Assembly (NCBI GenBank): GCA_046153645.1
Contig: JBJXGI010000042.1
Span: 17,280 to 81,279, forward strand
Direction: 5' to 3'
Length of the DNA: 64,000 nucleotides
Source: Elusimicrobiota bacterium
Lineage (GTDB): Bacteria; Elusimicrobiota; Elusimicrobia; F11
Of the stretch, positions 59,577 through 64,000 are shown piece by piece. How positions within the stretch are numbered: the stretch's first letter is position 1; each line of letters starts with the position of its first letter. Made by a program: the position numbers and the translations under genes. A model generated the notes under the pieces. It was not told the origin of the DNA and searched no databases. It saw only the letters and a list, made by a program, of their open reading frames with translations.

Positions 59577-61087
59577 GTTTTAGGCCTAATTGATTTTGGA
59601 ACATCTCTTAAACCAGACGACTGATTAGAATTCTGTTCAGCTTCTTCTATATATTCCGCGTCTTGATTGACATTCCAAGGGTCAAAAGAGTCAGACCCGG
59701 AAATAATATTTTGGACAGTGAGCATGGCTGTCATCATGGCATGATCTTGATTATTATATTTATGCATCCCATTTCTTCCTACGAAATGTAAATGGGGATA
59801 ATCACTATCAACTGTTTTTCGAATTAAATCAACACAATCCTTATAAACATCGTCATAAACGGGGTAGGCTTTGGGTTGTCTGATAACGAATCCATCTTTA
59901 ATGTCAGCTTCATGGGCTAATCCTAATTTTACCAACTCTTGTTGCGCTAATTTAACCAGGTCTTTATCAGGCATTTCCCATAAACCGTCACCTTTAAAGC
60001 AAAAATATTCTAACGAATAACACGTCATGTTAGGATCAGGCACCATTTCCGGTGACCACGACTTAAAATTCTGAATTCTGCCCACCTGAACACTAGAATC
60101 GTGAATATAAATCCATTGATCTGGGAGGTTCACTTTATCTTTCAAAATAACGCCGACACAAATAAAATCGCGGTAATGTAATTTACTAGCAGCGCTCATA
60201 ACGTCTTTATTGGGAACAGGTGAGAGCGCATGAATAACTTCACCCAAAGGAGCGGATGAAATAACGTGCTCCGCATTTATTTCTTTAACATCTTGTTCTT
60301 TAGTAATCCTCACTGTCCATAAAGAATTAGTTTTATCGAATTGAAAATGTGACGCTTTATAACCCATATAAACCAGGCCGCCCATCTTTTGAATCTTTTC
60401 AGAACACACGTCCCACATCATCCCCGGGCCTTTTCGAGGATAACGAAACTCGTCTATAAGAGTTTTAATTTTTGTTTTCGATTTTTTAAAAGGGGATAAA
60501 GTTCTAAACGAATTTATTATGGCGCTGCCCAACGACAATTTCCCAATCCGTTGAGCGGCCCAATCAGCGGAAATATCTTTACACTTCATTCCCCACACTT
60601 TTTCCGTATAAGTTTTGAAGAATATCTGAAAAAGTCTTTTACCAAATTGATTACTCACCCAATCTTCTAGATTGGTTGCATTTTTTACGGGAAACAATTG
60701 CGCCCATAAAAAAGATGAGATACATAACATGGTTTCAATGGGGCCCAAATTAAAAAAAGCTTCAAAGGGACGCAACGGGTAGGAGTAAAACTTCCCTTTA
60801 TAAAAAATACGAGAAACTCTTTTACGAACAATAAGGTCTTTCTCTAAAAGCTCCGTCCACAAATCTTCCACCGCTTTGGATTTAGAATAAAACCGGTGCC
60901 CGCCAATATCACTGTAATACCCTTTATAATCAATTGTTTTAGAAATACCACCGACGTATTTTTCATCGGTTTCTACCACAATTACGAGTTTTCCTTGTTT
61001 TGCCAATAAATAAGCTGCGGTAAGGCCGGCAGGGCCGGCTCCAATAACGACCACTGATGTTTTTAAATTATTGTTGTTTTCCACCAA
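59573..61087 (-). CDS. UDP-galactopyranose mutase-like flavoenzyme, long (eukaryote-type) form
   Basis: It has an FAD Rossmann motif (VVIGAGPAGLTAAY…VETDEKYVGG…DIGGHRF). Internal (…FFKTYTEKVWGM…) and C-terminal (…FVGRNGMHKYNNQDHAMMTAMLTVQNIISG) motifs parallel Glf/UGM, especially the 500-aa fungal/kinetoplastid type. Confidence 0.6.
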   Translation of the reverse strand: MVENNNNLKTSVVVIGAGPAGLTAAYLLAKQGKLVIVVETDEKYVGGISKTIDYKGYYSDIGGHRFYSKSKAVEDLWTELLEKDLIVRKRVSRIFYKGKFYSYPLRPFEAFFNLGPIETMLCISSFLWAQLFPVKNATNLEDWVSNQFGKRLFQIFFKTYTEKVWGMKCKDISADWAAQRIGKLSLGSAIINSFRTLSPFKKSKTKIKTLIDEFRYPRKGPGMMWDVCSEKIQKMGGLVYMGYKASHFQFDKTNSLWTVRITKEQDVKEINAEHVISSAPLGEVIHALSPVPNKDVMSAASKLHYRDFICVGVILKDKVNLPDQWIYIHDSSVQVGRIQNFKSWSPEMVPDPNMTCYSLEYFCFKGDGLWEMPDKDLVKLAQQELVKLGLAHEADIKDGFVIRQPKAYPVYDDVYKDCVDLIRKTVDSDYPHLHFVGRNGMHKYNNQDHAMMTAMLTVQNIISGSDSFDPWNVNQDAEYIEEAEQNSNQSSGLRDVPKSIRPKT

Positions 61088-61161
61088 TAAGCTCCAAATC
61101 TACAGACCTTTAAATTTTTAATATATACTTGTGCACACAAACCCTTAACCTTTAATAGCAA

Positions 61162-62073
61162 ATGGAAGAAACTAATAATCTCATAAAAAAAGCGACTCTG
61201 GTTCTAGATTCCGCTTTTGCAATGCTACATCAAGATCCATCGACAGCAAAACTACTTATTTTTAGAACTATCATAATATTAAAAAGAACCTACGAGGGGA
61301 TAAGAATTGGAACAAATGATGATCAGCAATATGAAATCCCAAACACATCAATTATCTATGAAGACTATGTACAAGAATTATTTAAAACTTCCCTTATAGA
61401 TTTAGAAAAAATTTCCATTTCAGACAGCACACTGAAGATAACGTTAATTCAAACTAAAGATGAGCTAGAAAAACTCAAAAAAGAATTGGGTTTAAATTCT
61501 TTAAAAAAATATAAAAATAAAATACTAAAAATTTTTCTTAGTAATTTTTTTCTGAAAAAAATATTACCAACATTAGTTTTTTCTTTCACTTCTTTATTTG
61601 TTATAAAAATAGTTTATCATCACGTCATTGATAAAAAACATGGACTAACTACAGAATATTTCTCGGACCATAATTTATTATCACGAACGTTCGTAAACCA
61701 CAATCGGGAAATCGATTTTGACTGGGGATATTCTGGTCCTCTGCCTAATGGTCAAGCAGATTTTTTCTCAATTAGATGGGAAAGTTATTTATTCGTCCCA
61801 GAAGACAATGAATATAGTTTTATAACACTGTCCGATGACGGGGTTCGGCTTTGGATTAATGATTTTTTACTTATTGATGACTGGATAAATCATCCTCCTA
61901 TTTATAATGAAAATAAAATACGCCTCCCAAAGGGATTCCATAAATTTAAGCTAGAATATTATGAGTATGATCTTACAGCAGGTGTAAGAGTCTTTTGGAG
62001 ACCGCTAACGAGTAAAAAGAAAGAAATTATCAAACAAAAATTCTTCTATCTCGAAAATCCTATCAAAGGTTAA
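61162..62073 (+). CDS. Membrane-anchored PA14-domain protein, paralog 2
   Basis: Same architecture as 57359-58282. The post-TM region (…EYFSDHNLLSRTFVNHNREIDFDWGY…FFSIRWESYLFVPEDNEYSFITLSDDGVRLWINDFLLIDDW…VRVFWRP) is clearly homologous to paralog 1. Confidence 0.6.
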   Translation: MEETNNLIKKATLVLDSAFAMLHQDPSTAKLLIFRTIIILKRTYEGIRIGTNDDQQYEIPNTSIIYEDYVQELFKTSLIDLEKISISDSTLKITLIQTKDELEKLKKELGLNSLKKYKNKILKIFLSNFFLKKILPTLVFSFTSLFVIKIVYHHVIDKKHGLTTEYFSDHNLLSRTFVNHNREIDFDWGYSGPLPNGQADFFSIRWESYLFVPEDNEYSFITLSDDGVRLWINDFLLIDDWINHPPIYNENKIRLPKGFHKFKLEYYEYDLTAGVRVFWRPLTSKKKEIIKQKFFYLENPIKG

Positions 62074-62187
62074 ACTTCAATCAATCACCTACAACGCATT
62101 AAATTTCAGATTTCTTACCTCCACAAGTCATTATTACAGTTATTTCCCATCAGTTTTATCACGATTGGAGCCATTCTTAGTTTAGCA

Positions 62188-63495
62188 ATGCCAGCTGGTA
62201 CCAACTTTGTTTGGGATGAAAATGGTCATTGGTCTACGGCCGTGGCTCAGATGAAAAGTTTTCTTAGTGGAATATCTTACCCCGCTGAGTTTTCCTCGAT
62301 TTATGGCAATTTAGTTGCTTATCCTGGCTTTGTTCTAAGCCACCTGGTTATTTGGTTAATCCAACTCATGGATATATCTGTTCCTATCTATGGGACATTT
62401 CATCTATATCTAGCACGACTTCTTTCAGGTTTTGGTATTGCAATTTGCCTACATCGGTTTTGTACTTTAGCAGAAAGTGACCATCAACCAACCTGGGGAA
62501 TTGTAAGTATTCTCAGTCTATTTCTATCACCTTTATTCCTACAACGCTCGTTTGGCTTAAGCACCGATATTATGACTCACGCGCTGTCTATATTAGCTGT
62601 ATCTGTTATTTTTTTTTGGGACCGACTTAATTTTTTTGATGTATTTCTATTTTTTTTCTTTGGATTTGGAACTGCATTAGCGAAACCAAATGTGTTATTA
62701 CTCTTTTTGAGCGTTTTGGTTTATTGTCATTTCATTTATAAGCAGGAAGAAATTATATCGACCCATAAACTATTTTTTTTCAATCTAACAAAAGCTCAGC
62801 TTTTTTTCTGGGCAGGAACTCTCATTTTTTTATTATTAGGTATTCAACATAGTATTTATTTTTTTTCGCATCAAAACAATGTCGCTGTTATTGCTGTAAA
62901 ACCGAATATTTCATCTGCCAGACAAATCGATTTTATTCTTAGAGAACCCTTATTTACTCTGAATATTTTTTGGAGGGAATTTATTGAAAATTTCTCAACC
63001 CACTATTTTTGGGGGCAGTCAATAGAAAAAAAATACCCTGCTGTATATTCATTATTTGCAGTAAATCTATGGCAATCAATTTTCACAACTGCCATGATCT
63101 TTGAATTTAGTATGATTTTTTTTCACATTTCTTTACGAAAAATATATTTCAATTTTCACAATATATTTATAGGACTGCTTTTTCCTTTTGTTGGTATTGT
63201 TCTTTATGCTCTTAGCATAATGTTAACAGCTTATGTGGGCTGGACACCTGTGGGATATCATTTTGTAACGGGGATTCAGTTCCGATATTTTATTCCCATT
63301 TTTATTATTGGGCTCAGTGTCTTATTTCATTCCTTATCTAAATTGACAAAAAATCCAAATTCTTTGGGAGAAGAAATCTATAATGCATCAATTTCAAACC
63401 ATTTAATCTCACTAACAATCAAAGGATTTTGTTTTGTAATTTTGGTTTGTTATGGTCTTTTCTTTTATTTAGGCGTTATTGGTAAACCCGTTTGA
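62188..63495 (+). CDS. Polytopic membrane protein, candidate GT-C-like glycosyltransferase (N-terminus probably extends upstream)
   Basis: It has at least 10 TM helices and an acidic motif FVWDENGHW right after the track ATG. The in-frame upstream 38 codons encode a basic + hydrophobic segment (…KFQISYLHKSLLQLFPISFITIGAILSLA) that would form TM1 before the DE loop. No ATG/GTG/TTG is available there. Confidence 0.45.
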   Translation: MPAGTNFVWDENGHWSTAVAQMKSFLSGISYPAEFSSIYGNLVAYPGFVLSHLVIWLIQLMDISVPIYGTFHLYLARLLSGFGIAICLHRFCTLAESDHQPTWGIVSILSLFLSPLFLQRSFGLSTDIMTHALSILAVSVIFFWDRLNFFDVFLFFFFGFGTALAKPNVLLLFLSVLVYCHFIYKQEEIISTHKLFFFNLTKAQLFFWAGTLIFLLLGIQHSIYFFSHQNNVAVIAVKPNISSARQIDFILREPLFTLNIFWREFIENFSTHYFWGQSIEKKYPAVYSLFAVNLWQSIFTTAMIFEFSMIFFHISLRKIYFNFHNIFIGLLFPFVGIVLYALSIMLTAYVGWTPVGYHFVTGIQFRYFIPIFIIGLSVLFHSLSKLTKNPNSLGEEIYNASISNHLISLTIKGFCFVILVCYGLFFYLGVIGKPV

Positions 63496-64000
63496 GATTC
63501 ATTCTCAACGATAGCCAGAAGATTACTAATTGCTCCTAAAAAATGAAATGTTTTGAATCTAATTTTCCGGTTTCGAAATACTTGTCGATTTATTTCCACA
63601 AATTCTTTTAGACTTAGCAAATCTAGATGAGATTCGTCAGCCCATCTACTCATTCCAACACATCGGAGAAATAATCTATGAATTTTTTTGGGAAGCCAAT
63701 GAAAAAAAGGAAGCATCGTATGGAACTCCACCCAGTGATATCGATGGGGCGTAATAATAGCTATATATTTTTGAGATGATCTATCTAAAAGCTCTAAATG
63801 TTCTTTTTTTTGAATCTCATTTCCAACATGTTCAATAACTGCAGAAGATATAACTAAATCAAATCTTTCGGAACTGGAAATTCCATTTAAAAATCTATCA
63901 AATGGAATCAAATTAAAACCTAATTTCGAGGCCATTTGTAAACAATTCTCAGGAGATGTCACAGAAACATGACATCCTAAAAGTTTGGCCTGTCTTGAGA
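63465..64000 (-). CDS. Class I SAM-dependent methyltransferase (5' end outside window)
   Basis: The frame stays open to the window edge. Motif I (…AKLLGCHVS…) is encoded near 63970-64000, and downstream motifs follow (…FDLVISSAVIEHV…). It is convergent with the preceding membrane protein, overlapping it by about 30 nt. Confidence 0.55.
   Translation of the reverse strand, partial: SRQAKLLGCHVSVTSPENCLQMASKLGFNLIPFDRFLNGISSSERFDLVISSAVIEHVGNEIQKKEHLELLDRSSQKYIAIITPHRYHWVEFHTMLPFFHWLPKKIHRLFLRCVGMSRWADESHLDLLSLKEFVEINRQVFRNRKIRFKTFHFLGAISNLLAIVENESQTGLPITPK

Noticed and set aside
54149-64000. Possibility that the 54-64 kb region is an integrated mobile element (genomic island)
   Set aside because: No integrase, transposase, conjugation gene or flanking direct repeat was seen. 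The accessory genes lie on the 5' side of the tRNA. It is better described as a variable glycan locus than as a mobile element.
1-64000. CRISPR arrays, rRNA genes, insertion sequences
   Set aside because: I saw no arrays of short direct repeats with unique spacers, no rRNA-like conserved blocks and no transposase-like ORFs. The only structured repeats are short inverted repeats consistent with terminators or operators.

Overview
The window looks like a chromosomal segment of an AT-rich Gram-negative bacterium (by eye roughly 37-39% GC, not computed). About 85% of the genes lie on the minus strand, and most are housekeeping. No CRISPR array, rRNA gene or obvious transposase/integrase was found.

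Housekeeping content, in order: amtB-glnK; typA; a lipid-glycosylation trio (MGDG-synthase-like glycosyltransferase, a small Trp-rich membrane protein, an LpxH-family phosphoesterase); pdxH and tpx; a peptidoglycan remodelling group (LdtD/YcbB-type L,D-transpeptidase, MepK/YcbK-like M15 peptidase, PgeF/YfiH) next to ettA and a class A PBP; a Bacteroides-type sdhCAB/frdCAB operon; bcp; pgl plus a fused transaldolase/glucose-6-phosphate isomerase; tyrS; a long co-directional string aminotransferase-hom-thrC-livJHMGF-DUF3467-cinA-ksgA ending in a clear rho-independent terminator; HU; rpsI-rplM; a SurA-like PPIase; asd; def; greA; yyaL.

The 3' end of the window (about 54.1-64.0 kb) is different. 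It is bounded by a tRNA-Ser(GCU) gene and has the look of an accessory glycan/envelope island. It contains three things of interest:
- A GHKL-type (RsbW/HATPase-like) ATPase translationally coupled to a small STAS-like protein. The pair is driven by a near-perfect sigma70 promoter that has two GC-rich palindromic operator sites, one of them inside the spacer.
- Two paralogous membrane-anchored PA14-domain proteins, arranged divergently.
- A cluster of GT-C-type polytopic membrane glycosyltransferases, a long-form (eukaryote-like) UDP-galactopyranose-mutase homolog, and a SAM methyltransferase that runs off the window.

The ATPase/STAS dyad with its operator architecture, and the mirrored PA14 + GT-C + UGM module, are the candidates I would follow up as possibly undescribed systems.

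All coordinates for small elements (tRNA, hairpins, promoter hexamers) were counted by hand and may be off by 1-2 nt.
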